From Candidatus Bathyarchaeota archaeon (lineage in GTDB: Archaea > Asgardarchaeota > Lokiarchaeia > Sigyniarchaeales > Sigyniarchaeaceae), in the NCBI GenBank assembly GCA_014729935.1, contig WJJB01000243.1, forward strand, positions 1-50,594: DNA of 50,594 nt, read 5' to 3'. Shown piece after piece: positions 1 through 11,047 of the stretch. The stretch's first letter is position 1. Every line of letters begins with the position of its first letter. A program made the translations under genes and the position numbers. The notes under the pieces were generated by a model. That model did no database searches, was not told the origin of the DNA, and was given only the letters and a program-made list of their open reading frames with translations.

Positions 1-513
1 AAATGAATCAGTGAGGGAAAACCCCAACGTGTTGAGGACACCCGTGATGATTGTATTTACCAAAAAACGGTCCTTCCATGGATTTTGAAGGAAAAGTTTA
101 GGGTCGAGATACCTGGAACCAGATATGATTTCAACTTCGGGCTCCCCGTGTATTTCATCCAAGAACTTGTATAAACATCTTGGTTCATGTTGTCCATCCA
201 TGTCAAACGAGATAACCCATTCATAATTATTATCCTTTGCATAACTGAACCCCCTTTTCAATACAGCTCCATATCCCCTGTTCTTGACGAAATGAATGAT
301 TTTATACTGATCATCAGTGCAGCATGTATCCAAGATCTCCCTCGTGGCATCAGTGGAACCATCATTGATGATCAAAATATCTAGTTGGCAATCATCACGC
401 TGGCTAACATTGAGCCGGACTTTATGCAAGTGGGTGATGATACGGTTTATGTTGCCCTCCTCGTTGTAACATGGAATGAGGAGTAAAATGCACATCGGTT
501 CAGATTCAAGCAT
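1..513 (-). CDS. Glycosyltransferase family 2 (dolichyl-phosphate sugar synthase-like); C-terminus lies beyond the left window edge
   Basis: Absent from the ORF track because it runs off the edge. My minus-strand translation in the frame ending at nt 1 gives MLESEPMCILLLIPCYNEEGNINRII...LDILIINDGSTDATREIL...VKNRGYGAVLKRGF...ISFDMDGQHEP...SGSRY. These are the GT-A motifs PCYNEE, DGSTD and DxD-GQH. The ATG start is at 513 or 495. Confidence 0.75.
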   Translation of the reverse strand, partial: MLESEPMCILLLIPCYNEEGNINRIITHLHKVRLNVSQRDDCQLDILIINDGSTDATREILDTCCTDDQYKIIHFVKNRGYGAVLKRGFSYAKDNNYEWVISFDMDGQHEPRCLYKFLDEIHGEPEVEIISGSRYLDPKLFLQNPWKDRFLVNTIITGVLNTLGFSLTDSF

Positions 514-689
514 TCTTTTTTTGTCCTTTGTCTGGTTCTGGTTGGAATTTTCTTATGATCGATTCTTATTGAAGCTTCCCTGTTACCTCCATCAGGTGCA
601 TGGAAGATTAATAATATCTCGGAGCTTAGTTCAAGTTGGATGGGCAAGAACATCCATCGAACACGCCTTATTTCCAGTGATATGCTGAA

Positions 690-1619
690 ATGGTTTCCCG
701 GGAGCAGCTTGAAAATCTCAAGGTCCCAGAATTGAAAGATATCTGCAGGAACGCCAGTATTAGCGGTTATTCTAAGTTGCGCAAGGCGGAGATCATAGAT
801 CTACTCCTTGAACACGAATCAAAGATACAAGAAGTAATCCCCAAGGAGGAAAGCGGATCCGGTACCAAATCCCCGAGAATCAAGACAACCGTTGCCCACA
901 GCAGGGAAAACACTGAGAAGAAGATTCAAAAAAAGAAGAAATTAATGGAAAATAGGGCAGAAGTTATGGGAGTTTCTGTCAAGGAATTGAAAAAACTGGA
1001 TAAAAAACCTCCCCCGAAAACAAAATCCAAGAGCAAGACCACGGTATCAAGGAAAAAGGCTTCCACGCACTCAACACGCGAGAAACCTAAGAAAACAAAT
1101 CAACATCAAGACACGAGTGCACAGATCCAGCAAGATCGATTTCAAGACATGCCTCAAAGGGAGCGAAGTTACATATTAACCACCAAGATTTCAAAGAAGG
1201 GTAGAAAGATCTTGCACATGAGCGCGCGTGATTTCAGCAGGCTTTCACTCAAGAAACTGGGGAAACTCGAAGAAAAGCTGGTCTTGGAACAATCCACCTT
1301 GACGGCTTATCAACCCACAGACAAGAAATTGAGGGATTTCATCCAAGAGTCGATAGATTTGATTCAAGAAGCAAGGGAACTTCTCCTGAATCGGATAGAA
1401 CGGGAATACTTCGAAAAGAAATTCCCGAAAATCTTGAAGAAAAAGTCGAAAAAGATTAGAAAAATCATGGAAAAGTTGGATCATCGGGTTTACACCGAGA
1501 TTGATATTTCCAAGGAAATCGTGGACAAGATCCGGTTCAAAGCACCCTTCTCTGATGCGTATCTTGCGACCAAGATCAAGGAATTAATCATAAATGAGCA
1601 ATTGAAGCTCCATGATTGA
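690..1619 (+). CDS. Lysine-rich protein with an N-terminal Rho_N/SAP-like helix-extended-helix (HeH) motif and a C-terminal helical region
   Basis: The N-terminus SREQLENLKVPELKDICRNASISGYSKLRKAEIIDLLLEH fits the Rho_N/SAP pattern (L..L.v.ELr.ia...gI.G.SklrKaElI..ll). About 130 aa of K/S/T/P-rich low complexity follow, then a predicted helical segment. Confidence 0.55.
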   Translation: MVSREQLENLKVPELKDICRNASISGYSKLRKAEIIDLLLEHESKIQEVIPKEESGSGTKSPRIKTTVAHSRENTEKKIQKKKKLMENRAEVMGVSVKELKKLDKKPPPKTKSKSKTTVSRKKASTHSTREKPKKTNQHQDTSAQIQQDRFQDMPQRERSYILTTKISKKGRKILHMSARDFSRLSLKKLGKLEEKLVLEQSTLTAYQPTDKKLRDFIQESIDLIQEARELLLNRIEREYFEKKFPKILKKKSKKIRKIMEKLDHRVYTEIDISKEIVDKIRFKAPFSDAYLATKIKELIINEQLKLHD

Positions 1620-1655
1620 TGTTTAAAATAAGCGCACAAGAGAAAAGGGAAAGCC

Positions 1656-2585
1656 ATGTCATTCATCTTCGGGATAGAAATCGATCCTTCCTGGCCAGAT
1701 GTGATTTTGGACACCATAACATGGCTTAAATCTGAAAGCGTGGATTTCTTTTTCAAGGGACTCAAGAAATTGCTTTATCTTTACATCAATCGCCCAACCG
1801 ATGACATTCTTGTTATTTGCATCAAGATACTTTCAAAAGTAACCATCCTCCTTCCATCCTTCATCAAGAAAACCCCAGAAGGATACCTCATGAATGAAAC
1901 CAAGATAAGGAAAAGTACCCGTGAAAGAAGGCATCCCTTGAGTTTGAGAAGAAATTTGAATGGAGAGGGCAAAGCTATTGGTAATCATGCCCGATCTATC
2001 CCAATCTTGGAAACCGGGCATTCAATCACTCCAGCCGACAGTTCAGACAATGAAAAACTCGAGGAATTAGTTAAATTAGACATTTTGGATACCGTGGAGA
2101 ATACAAACACAACTGAAATTGATCCCGATAAAAATGGCGTGGATAAAAATGCTGGGTGGATCCCTGCCATCAAATGGATTGGCGATAATTATGAATTAAA
2201 GAAATTAAATCTTGATCTAGATGAACCGGTAATTCTAGATGATAAAAAAGTCTCCTTGGACTTGCTCGATCCAATTAATCACCAGGAATCATTGCAAATC
2301 GAGGAAACATTGGGAAATTCATGTAATAACCCTCAAGATATTGAATCCTCGGAATTTAGCAGTGATATGGTATTTCCAGACCACCCGGGTCTTGAAGCGG
2401 TTTATTCCTGCGATCCGGGGATTAAATGTGCTCTTGGAGATGGCGATATTGATCTTGATGATGCAAGAGGCATCCGATGCAAGAATTGTGGCTCTATCTT
2501 TCATGAAACATGTGCCTGCATTATCATCGAGCAGGAAAATGCTTATTGTCCCATTTGCAACCATTCGTGGTCATGGAACCCATGA
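1656..2585 (+). CDS. Uncharacterised protein with a C-terminal PHD/RING-like zinc finger (paralogue 1)
   Basis: The C-terminus is CALGDGDIDLDDARGIRCKNCGSIFHETCACIIIEQENAYCPICNHSW, with spacing C-x16-C-x2-C-x4-H-x2-C-x11-C-x2-C. The N-terminus MSFIFGIEIDPSWPD...FFFKGLKKL is shared with the next gene. Confidence 0.6.
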   Translation: MSFIFGIEIDPSWPDVILDTITWLKSESVDFFFKGLKKLLYLYINRPTDDILVICIKILSKVTILLPSFIKKTPEGYLMNETKIRKSTRERRHPLSLRRNLNGEGKAIGNHARSIPILETGHSITPADSSDNEKLEELVKLDILDTVENTNTTEIDPDKNGVDKNAGWIPAIKWIGDNYELKKLNLDLDEPVILDDKKVSLDLLDPINHQESLQIEETLGNSCNNPQDIESSEFSSDMVFPDHPGLEAVYSCDPGIKCALGDGDIDLDDARGIRCKNCGSIFHETCACIIIEQENAYCPICNHSWSWNP

Positions 2586-2648
2586 GCAATGATATCAATA
2601 ATGATTTTCTCTTGGCAAAAGATTAAGACCACCAATAAGACGTAGTAC

Positions 2649-3620
2649 ATGAACATGTCCTTCCTCGGGTTAACCTTGGATCCTGATTGGCCATCAGACT
2701 TGAAATACTGTTTCAAGCTTCTTTCCTCCAAGGATAACAAGGAATTTTTCAAGGGTCTCAAGATACTCGTGTCTATTCACAAGTACAATATTAGCAAGAA
2801 GAAAATCGCCGTGACAAGTAAACTCCTAAATGGGTTAGAAAAGATCATCCCATCTTATGTCAAGGCAGCCGGGGAAGAATATGTAATCAACAAGACGAAG
2901 ATGGACCTTGCCATCAAGCAAGGAAATCATCCCATGGATTTGCGACAAAAAATAGCCAAGATGCGGGCTAATCGCAACACGAGTGAACAGGACCCAGGTA
3001 CAAGCACATCTGAAAGTGATATAAAGATCCTGGAAATCCAAGATCCAATGGCAGGTAAGGGCTTGGTGGTAAAGAAATTTACCCGGGAAGGAAAGGAGAT
3101 CCAAAAGGAAGTTATCCCAGGATCGAATCTAGACAAAGATGTCGGTGATTCTGGAGATGAATGGGTGGACGCGAGTATTTTTAGGAATGTACCTGATGTC
3201 AAATTCCTTTTTGACAAGGACGGAAGGATAAAGGAAACCCTGGAAGAAGGACTATCTCTCCTGAATCCCATCGTAAAAGAGCAGTCATTGGATTTGAATG
3301 TTTCAAGTGCAACGACGGGATACGTTAACCCATATGATGATATTAATAAAAACACCTCGCACGCGGATGTTGTAACCCATCAAACCTTGCACAATGATGA
3401 TGATTACATTAACTTGGAAAATATTCCTGGCTTGGCATATCGAGACATTGGAAAGGAAGAAAGCAAGAGATGCACCATGGGTGATGGTGATATCACTCCC
3501 GCGTATGGACAGGTGATTTCATGCATTCATTGCGGTGCCATCTTTCATTGGGGATGCGTGAAAGTAGTCTTGGAAATAGAATCAGCCATATGTCCCGCAT
3601 GCAAAAAGAGTTGGTATTAA
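2649..3620 (+). CDS. Uncharacterised protein with a C-terminal PHD/RING-like zinc finger (paralogue 2)
   Basis: The C-terminus CTMGDGDITPAYGQVISCIHCGAIFHWGCVKVVLEIESAICPACKKSW has Cys/His spacing identical to paralogue 1. The N-terminus MSFLGLTLDPDWPS...EFFKGLKIL aligns with paralogue 1, so the second ATG at 2655 may be the true start. Confidence 0.6.
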   Translation: MNMSFLGLTLDPDWPSDLKYCFKLLSSKDNKEFFKGLKILVSIHKYNISKKKIAVTSKLLNGLEKIIPSYVKAAGEEYVINKTKMDLAIKQGNHPMDLRQKIAKMRANRNTSEQDPGTSTSESDIKILEIQDPMAGKGLVVKKFTREGKEIQKEVIPGSNLDKDVGDSGDEWVDASIFRNVPDVKFLFDKDGRIKETLEEGLSLLNPIVKEQSLDLNVSSATTGYVNPYDDINKNTSHADVVTHQTLHNDDDYINLENIPGLAYRDIGKEESKRCTMGDGDITPAYGQVISCIHCGAIFHWGCVKVVLEIESAICPACKKSWY

Positions 3621-3712
3621 TGGGCTTCAATCATTCTTACCACTGAAACATTCTTCTATTCGATGCGAGCAAAAAGCATTAATGCATGTCTCGCCCTTAG
3701 AGCAATGAGGTC

Positions 3713-5209
3713 ATGATGCAATCACGAAAGCCTGTAATAATGCTATATGGTTTTTTGGTCTTGAGTACGTTAGTGGTAACCGTTGAACCTGTCTCAGCAT
3801 ATATTGAAGTGAAACGTCCCCATTCCATGATTATCTCCACGGGTACTGCTAACACATCCATGCTCGAAATACTGGACCCGGAACAGGATGATCTGTCCAT
3901 GAAAATCAACTCGAATCGGTCCGGGGACAAGAATTTCCATGAAAGCGCCATGATTTCAAGCAAAGCAGATTTAGAAGATTATTTCAATATATATCGCAGC
4001 CACTACAAGCTGCCCTATAGCGTGGAGGATGAGAAACTATCAGGCGATGATATCATCCACAAGGATGTTATTCGTTTCCAGGATAAGTTTTCCAACGAAA
4101 ACAATTCAGGGTATTATTACTACAATCAATGGGCGTGGTTGAATGAGCCCATCCACGCGAGTAGCTTGGAGGATGAGGGATACGTGGAGTTCTATTTCTT
4201 GTCTGAAGCATCAAATGGGACTTTCCTGACAGTATATGGTGATGATGATTATAGGAAGGATCCTTTGGATTATAACAATGAGAGTGCGGCTTTCGGCATG
4301 CATTTTGGCATCACGCCATTTGGAGGGGACTCCAATTCCTCCTTCTTCTGTGGCACTGATTGGTCCGATGACTTGACTAAAATTGACTCGGTGGAATATG
4401 AGCCGAATAGGTGGTATCACGTCCAATTAAGCTTTGATTACAACTCTTCGTGGAACGTGAAAATCGATAATGCAACCGTCTATACCTCTTCCGGATGGAA
4501 TATCGATGAACAACTTACCAAGTTTGATTATCTTGGTTTTTGCACCCAGACTTGGAAAAATTTTAGCGGACATCAAACGCACGTGTATTACTTGGATGCT
4601 ATTGGCCTTAGTTATGACATGTCCGCCCATAACCAAAACACGGAGGGTGTTGAATTCAACGAGGCATATGAAGATTATATCGATAAGTACTCGGTGAATA
4701 ATATCAATGATGGGGACCTGAACGCATCCCTGGCTGTCTACTTCAAGTTCAACCTTGAAGATTACCCGAACAAGGTGGACACGTTCTCATTGATCATCAA
4801 AGGTCATTTCTTCCACGTGGTGGATACTGGATATGTCAAGATGTTTAACAGGGAATATCTCGTTTACGATCACACCGATTTGAGCTACAAGCCCTATGTG
4901 CCAGGTTTTTCGGAGGAGTATCTCTTTTCAGCTTCAGATAGCGAAAAGATAAACAGTTCCGTCTACATTGACGGGGAAGGGAAGTTCGCACTGAAAATCG
5001 AAGCTGCATCGGGAACTAACTTCGATTACATCGTCGATTCCATGTACTTCAGGTTCGATACTGGAATGGGCGGATCCTATGTGTTCATTTTCGTCATAGT
5101 GGCATTTGTTTTCACGATGGCCGTTTTTCTCACGAAAATAGCCAAAAAAGGCCAGTTATCTAGCCCCCGGAAAAAAAGGTCTGGAAGGAATGCGCGCTCG
5201 ATCGACTAA
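3713..5209 (+). CDS. Secreted, C-terminally membrane-anchored surface protein with a possible LamG/concanavalin-like lectin domain
   Basis: It has an N-terminal signal-like segment (KPVIMLYGFLVLSTLVVTVEPVSA) and a C-terminal TM helix with a basic tail (YVFIFVIVAFVFTMAVFL TKIAKKG...RKKRSGR). There are many N-x-S/T sequons. WYHVQLSFDYNSSWNVKIDNATVY resembles the LamG core strand pattern. Confidence 0.45.
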   Translation: MMQSRKPVIMLYGFLVLSTLVVTVEPVSAYIEVKRPHSMIISTGTANTSMLEILDPEQDDLSMKINSNRSGDKNFHESAMISSKADLEDYFNIYRSHYKLPYSVEDEKLSGDDIIHKDVIRFQDKFSNENNSGYYYYNQWAWLNEPIHASSLEDEGYVEFYFLSEASNGTFLTVYGDDDYRKDPLDYNNESAAFGMHFGITPFGGDSNSSFFCGTDWSDDLTKIDSVEYEPNRWYHVQLSFDYNSSWNVKIDNATVYTSSGWNIDEQLTKFDYLGFCTQTWKNFSGHQTHVYYLDAIGLSYDMSAHNQNTEGVEFNEAYEDYIDKYSVNNINDGDLNASLAVYFKFNLEDYPNKVDTFSLIIKGHFFHVVDTGYVKMFNREYLVYDHTDLSYKPYVPGFSEEYLFSASDSEKINSSVYIDGEGKFALKIEAASGTNFDYIVDSMYFRFDTGMGGSYVFIFVIVAFVFTMAVFLTKIAKKGQLSSPRKKRSGRNARSID

Positions 5210-5286
5210 CCTTTGCAGGCATGATGTAGTAAAAAATTTAACCTTTCGCCTTTTATCGTTACCATCATAAACTGGCATGATTATCC

Positions 5287-6147
5287 ATGGTTGAAGAAAT
5301 CGAGGTGTTCAAGCTTCACGAAACAGGTGAATATTCCACTGTTGAAGGCGTCACAAAAGAAGATATTGAAGAAATTTTCGATGAAAGGGAGGTTTTCATC
5401 ATCCTGATCCCCGATTTGAGACGCTTGTACATTTGGAAGGGAAAAGCTTGTCCTGTTCAAAAAAAATTCATTTCAAGCCGTGTTGCACAAAAGATCCAAA
5501 GGGACCGAGTGAAAAACGCCGGCATGCAGCACAAAATCGTGTCCATCGATCAAGGTGATGAATTGGATGAATTCATCAAGAATTTGGGATTGAAGCATGT
5601 AAAAACTCAAGCGGAACGTGAAGCCGAACGGAAGAAAAAAGAGGAAGAGGAGGCAAGGCGTTTCGAGGAACTCATGAAGAAACCAGATATCGTGAAGGAG
5701 GAACCCAAGGAAGAAGAAGCTATCAAGGCTTCATCTTATGTCACGAATCTCATGAAGAAAGCAAAAACCGCATTTGGCCCCGTTGTCTCTACAGGTCAAT
5801 CTCGAGATCGTGTCGGAATGTCTGGAAAGCAAAAACAGGAGATATTGGATAACATGTTGAAGCAAGAGGTGCCCGATGGCTTTTCGAGGGAACATCTTAT
5901 CCTTGATGGAGAGCTTTACGTAAATATGAAAAAAAAGGGGAAGGTATTCGACAAGGAAGTTGAAATCGAAACGTGGGATGCCTTTGATGGCGCATTGGAA
6001 GATGGATTCATGGATATCGATCCACGCAAGCTCAGGTTCTTCATAAAGGAAGGGAAGATTCTTGCCGTGGAAATATTCAAAATCAGCAAGGAAACTAAAG
6101 ATGGAAAACCAGGAACTGGATCGATTGAATCTGCCGAAAATGCTTGA
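5287..6147 (+). CDS. Gelsolin/cofilin-fold domain protein with an N-terminal gelsolin-like domain, a charged linker and a C-terminal domain
   Basis: EVFKLHETGEYSTVEG...EIFDEREVFIILIPDLRRLYIWKGKACPVQKKFISSRVAQKIQ...KIVSIDQGDELDEFIKNLGL matches the gelsolin-repeat pattern (v..v....v....F...d.yil.....iy.WiGk.as..ek..a...a......v.qG.Ep..F...f). A KKKEEEEARRFEE charged linker follows. Confidence 0.65.
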   Translation: MVEEIEVFKLHETGEYSTVEGVTKEDIEEIFDEREVFIILIPDLRRLYIWKGKACPVQKKFISSRVAQKIQRDRVKNAGMQHKIVSIDQGDELDEFIKNLGLKHVKTQAEREAERKKKEEEEARRFEELMKKPDIVKEEPKEEEAIKASSYVTNLMKKAKTAFGPVVSTGQSRDRVGMSGKQKQEILDNMLKQEVPDGFSREHLILDGELYVNMKKKGKVFDKEVEIETWDAFDGALEDGFMDIDPRKLRFFIKEGKILAVEIFKISKETKDGKPGTGSIESAENA

Positions 6148-6322
6148 ATGAGCATCCTGAGCCATCGGCATACCTCATGGTCAGGGTGCCATCATCCCTC
6201 GCTTACTTGATTTATTAACCCCATTCCACATTGTTTAGCATCAGTCACTTTTTTCATGGTTTCTTTCATCACTCCTTCATTAAATCTAAAGAAAATGAGC
6301 AACAAGACTTAAATTAACTGCA

Positions 6323-6348
6323 GGCATATTATAACGTGTATATATGCC
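6323..6348. promoter_or_regulatory. 7-bp-stem palindrome containing a TATA-like box upstream of gyrB
   Basis: GGCATAT-tataacgtgtat-ATATGCC lies 40-65 nt upstream of the gyrB start. The AT-rich core gtatatat could act as an archaeal TATA box. Confidence 0.25.
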
Positions 6349-6384
6349 ACTTTTTCCTAGCTAGGAACTCATTTTCACGGGTGA

Positions 6385-8496
<2,112 letters not shown>

Positions 8497-8540
8497 ACCA
8501 TCCAAGTAATCATCATTGATTAAATACAAGGCTACTGAGA

Positions 8541-11000
8541 ATGGCAGAAGGGACTGCAAGTAATCCGGACGACGATACAGTTATAGAAGCCTATATCAAG
8601 GACGAAATAAGCAAGAATTATCTTTCCTATGCAATGAGCGTGATTGTTGGAAGGGCAATACCTGATATAAGGGACGGCCTCAAACCCGTCCACCGGCGCA
8701 TCCTGTATTCTATGCACGAGCAAGGGGTCCATCATTCCAAACCACATAGAAAATGTGCTAGGATTGTCGGTGACGTGATAGGTAAATATCATCCACATGG
8801 TGATCAAGCCGTCTACAATGCTTTGGTCCGGATGGCGCAGGAATTCTCCCTGTTATGTCCTTTGGTGGATGGACAGGGTAATTTTGGATCGATAGATGGT
8901 GACAGCCCCGCAGCATATCGATATACCGAGGCAAGGCTTTCAAAAATTGCCGATGAGATTTTAACGGATCTAGAAAAGGACACCGTGCCTTTTGATCCCA
9001 ATTATGATGAAACGGAACAAGAGCCACGTTATCTTCCTGCCCGCATCCCCAATCTCTTGGTGAATGGTTCCAGCGGTATTGCGGTGGGCATGAGCACGTC
9101 GATCCCCCCCTATAACTTGGGAGAGCTCTTGGATGCCGTTATAGAATTACTTGAGGGGGATCTCACGTTAACGGAGCTCTTGAGGATCCTGCCTGGACCA
9201 GATTTCCCAACGGGTGGATTGATAATGGGCCAGAAAGGAATTTTTGATGCTTATCGGACTGGCAGGGGAAAGGTCATCATCCGTGCAAAAACTCACGAGG
9301 AGGAAATTGGGAAGAACAAGAGAAGGGCTATCGTGGTTACTGAAATCCCATACATGGTCAATAAAGCGCAGGAAATAGAGAAAATTGCAAAGAAAATCAA
9401 TGATGGCATCATCAAGGGCATTACTGACATTCGTGATGAGAGCAACAGGGATGGGATACGCATTGTATTCTTCTTGAACCGGCGTGCGAATTACAAGGTA
9501 ACCTTGAATAAGCTCTTCAAGAGTTCCCGTCTCCAGACGTCATTCCACGTGATTAACTTGGTTCTCGATAATAACGTTCCGAGGGTCATGAACATGAAAG
9601 CAATGCTCCAGAACTTCATTGATCATCGGGAGGATATCATTACTCGCAGGAGCCAGCATGATCTGGAGAATGCCAAGGCAAGGCTTCACCTGATAGAAGG
9701 CTTGTTAGTAGCATTGGATAATATCGATGAAATCATTGCTATCATAAGGAAGAGTCCTGACACGGCGACTGCCGAGGATTCATTGATTCAAAAGTTTAAG
9801 TTTTCTGAAAAACAGGCAGGACACATTCTTAACATGAGACTCCGACGCCTGACGGCGTTGGAGCTCCAGAAACTCCAAGAAGAGAAAGCAGAGCTCTTGA
9901 TTTTGATAGAGGAATTGAATCATATACTTGGTTCCAAGAAAGAACGCTTGAAGATCATAAGGGAAGAATGCTTGGAGATCAAGGAGAACTACAAGTCTCT
10001 AATAACCAGGAAATCAGAGATCGTTCCCATGGCACAGGAAGACATCAAGATCACGGAGGAAGATCTCATCAAGGAGGAGGACGTGGTCGTGATAATGACC
10101 AATGAGGGATATATCAAGCGCATCACCCTTTCATTGTACGAGACCCAGAAAAGGGGCGGGAAGGGCAAGCGCGTGATGAGTATTAAGGAAGATGACATGA
10201 TCAAGGATATTTTCATAGCATCTACTCATAATTACCTCCTCGTGTTAACCACTTCTGGCCGACTTTTCTGGTTAAAGGTTTACGAGATTCCTTCAGGTTC
10301 TAGGAATGCGAAGGGAAAGCCAATTGAATCTTTGATTGCTCTTTCAGGCGAAGAAGATATTAGCACCATCGTGCAGGTTGATAGCTTCACCGAGGATGAG
10401 TTCCTCATCATGGCCACGAAAAATGGTCTCGTGAAAAAGACGGTCTTGAGCAAGTTCAGCAACATTCGTGAGCCTGGTATCCGTGCCATTACATTGCGCG
10501 AGGATGATGAGGTCGTTGCTGCGAAAATCAGTACGGGAGAAAATGAAATTGTTCTAGCAACGCGAAATGGCATGGCATGCCGGTTCATGGAATCTGATAT
10601 CAGGCCAACCGGTCGCAATTCCATAGGTGTTCGCGGTATTAACCTGAAGGATGATGATGAAGTAATCGGGATGCTCACCGTCGAGGATGATGACGCCAAG
10701 ACTTTATTCACCATAACGAAAAAGGGCTACGGGAAACGAACCAAGTTCCAAGATTACCGCAAGATCAAGCGGGGTGGTGTTGGTGTCAGGAACTTGAATA
10801 CCAAGCTCAGGGAAGACAAGGTAATATACGTGAAGTCCATTAATGAGGATGATGAGCTCCTTCTCGTGAGCAAGAAAGGAAACATGGTGCGGATTGAGGC
10901 ATCATCCGTCAATCTGCTTGGTAGGAGCGCCGCTGGTCACATCGTCATGAGATTCAGGGAAGATGATGATGAAGTGGTGGGTGTAGGATTGGTAGATTAA
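8541..11000 (+). CDS. gyrA: DNA gyrase subunit A
   Basis: Motifs seen are [38 protein letters not shown] and the active-site region [10 protein letters not shown]. The C-terminal beta-pinwheel repeats are also present. It directly follows gyrB. Confidence 0.95.
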   Translation: MAEGTASNPDDDTVIEAYIKDEISKNYLSYAMSVIVGRAIPDIRDGLKPVHRRILYSMHEQGVHHSKPHRKCARIVGDVIGKYHPHGDQAVYNALVRMAQEFSLLCPLVDGQGNFGSIDGDSPAAYRYTEARLSKIADEILTDLEKDTVPFDPNYDETEQEPRYLPARIPNLLVNGSSGIAVGMSTSIPPYNLGELLDAVIELLEGDLTLTELLRILPGPDFPTGGLIMGQKGIFDAYRTGRGKVIIRAKTHEEEIGKNKRRAIVVTEIPYMVNKAQEIEKIAKKINDGIIKGITDIRDESNRDGIRIVFFLNRRANYKVTLNKLFKSSRLQTSFHVINLVLDNNVPRVMNMKAMLQNFIDHREDIITRRSQHDLENAKARLHLIEGLLVALDNIDEIIAIIRKSPDTATAEDSLIQKFKFSEKQAGHILNMRLRRLTALELQKLQEEKAELLILIEELNHILGSKKERLKIIREECLEIKENYKSLITRKSEIVPMAQEDIKITEEDLIKEEDVVVIMTNEGYIKRITLSLYETQKRGGKGKRVMSIKEDDMIKDIFIASTHNYLLVLTTSGRLFWLKVYEIPSGSRNAKGKPIESLIALSGEEDISTIVQVDSFTEDEFLIMATKNGLVKKTVLSKFSNIREPGIRAITLREDDEVVAAKISTGENEIVLATRNGMACRFMESDIRPTGRNSIGVRGINLKDDDEVIGMLTVEDDDAKTLFTITKKGYGKRTKFQDYRKIKRGGVGVRNLNTKLREDKVIYVKSINEDDELLLVSKKGNMVRIEASSVNLLGRSAAGHIVMRFREDDDEVVGVGLVD

Positions 11001-11047
11001 GGCAACACATGAAAATTCTGGAATGATAGCCACGTGAGGGTACCCCC

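Noticed and set aside
447-688. ORFs 447-653(-) and 476-688(+) at the 5' end of the GT2 gene
   Set aside because: The minus-strand frame that carries the GT2 motifs starts at 513/495 and is a different frame. These ORFs have no motifs and overlap its start and promoter region.
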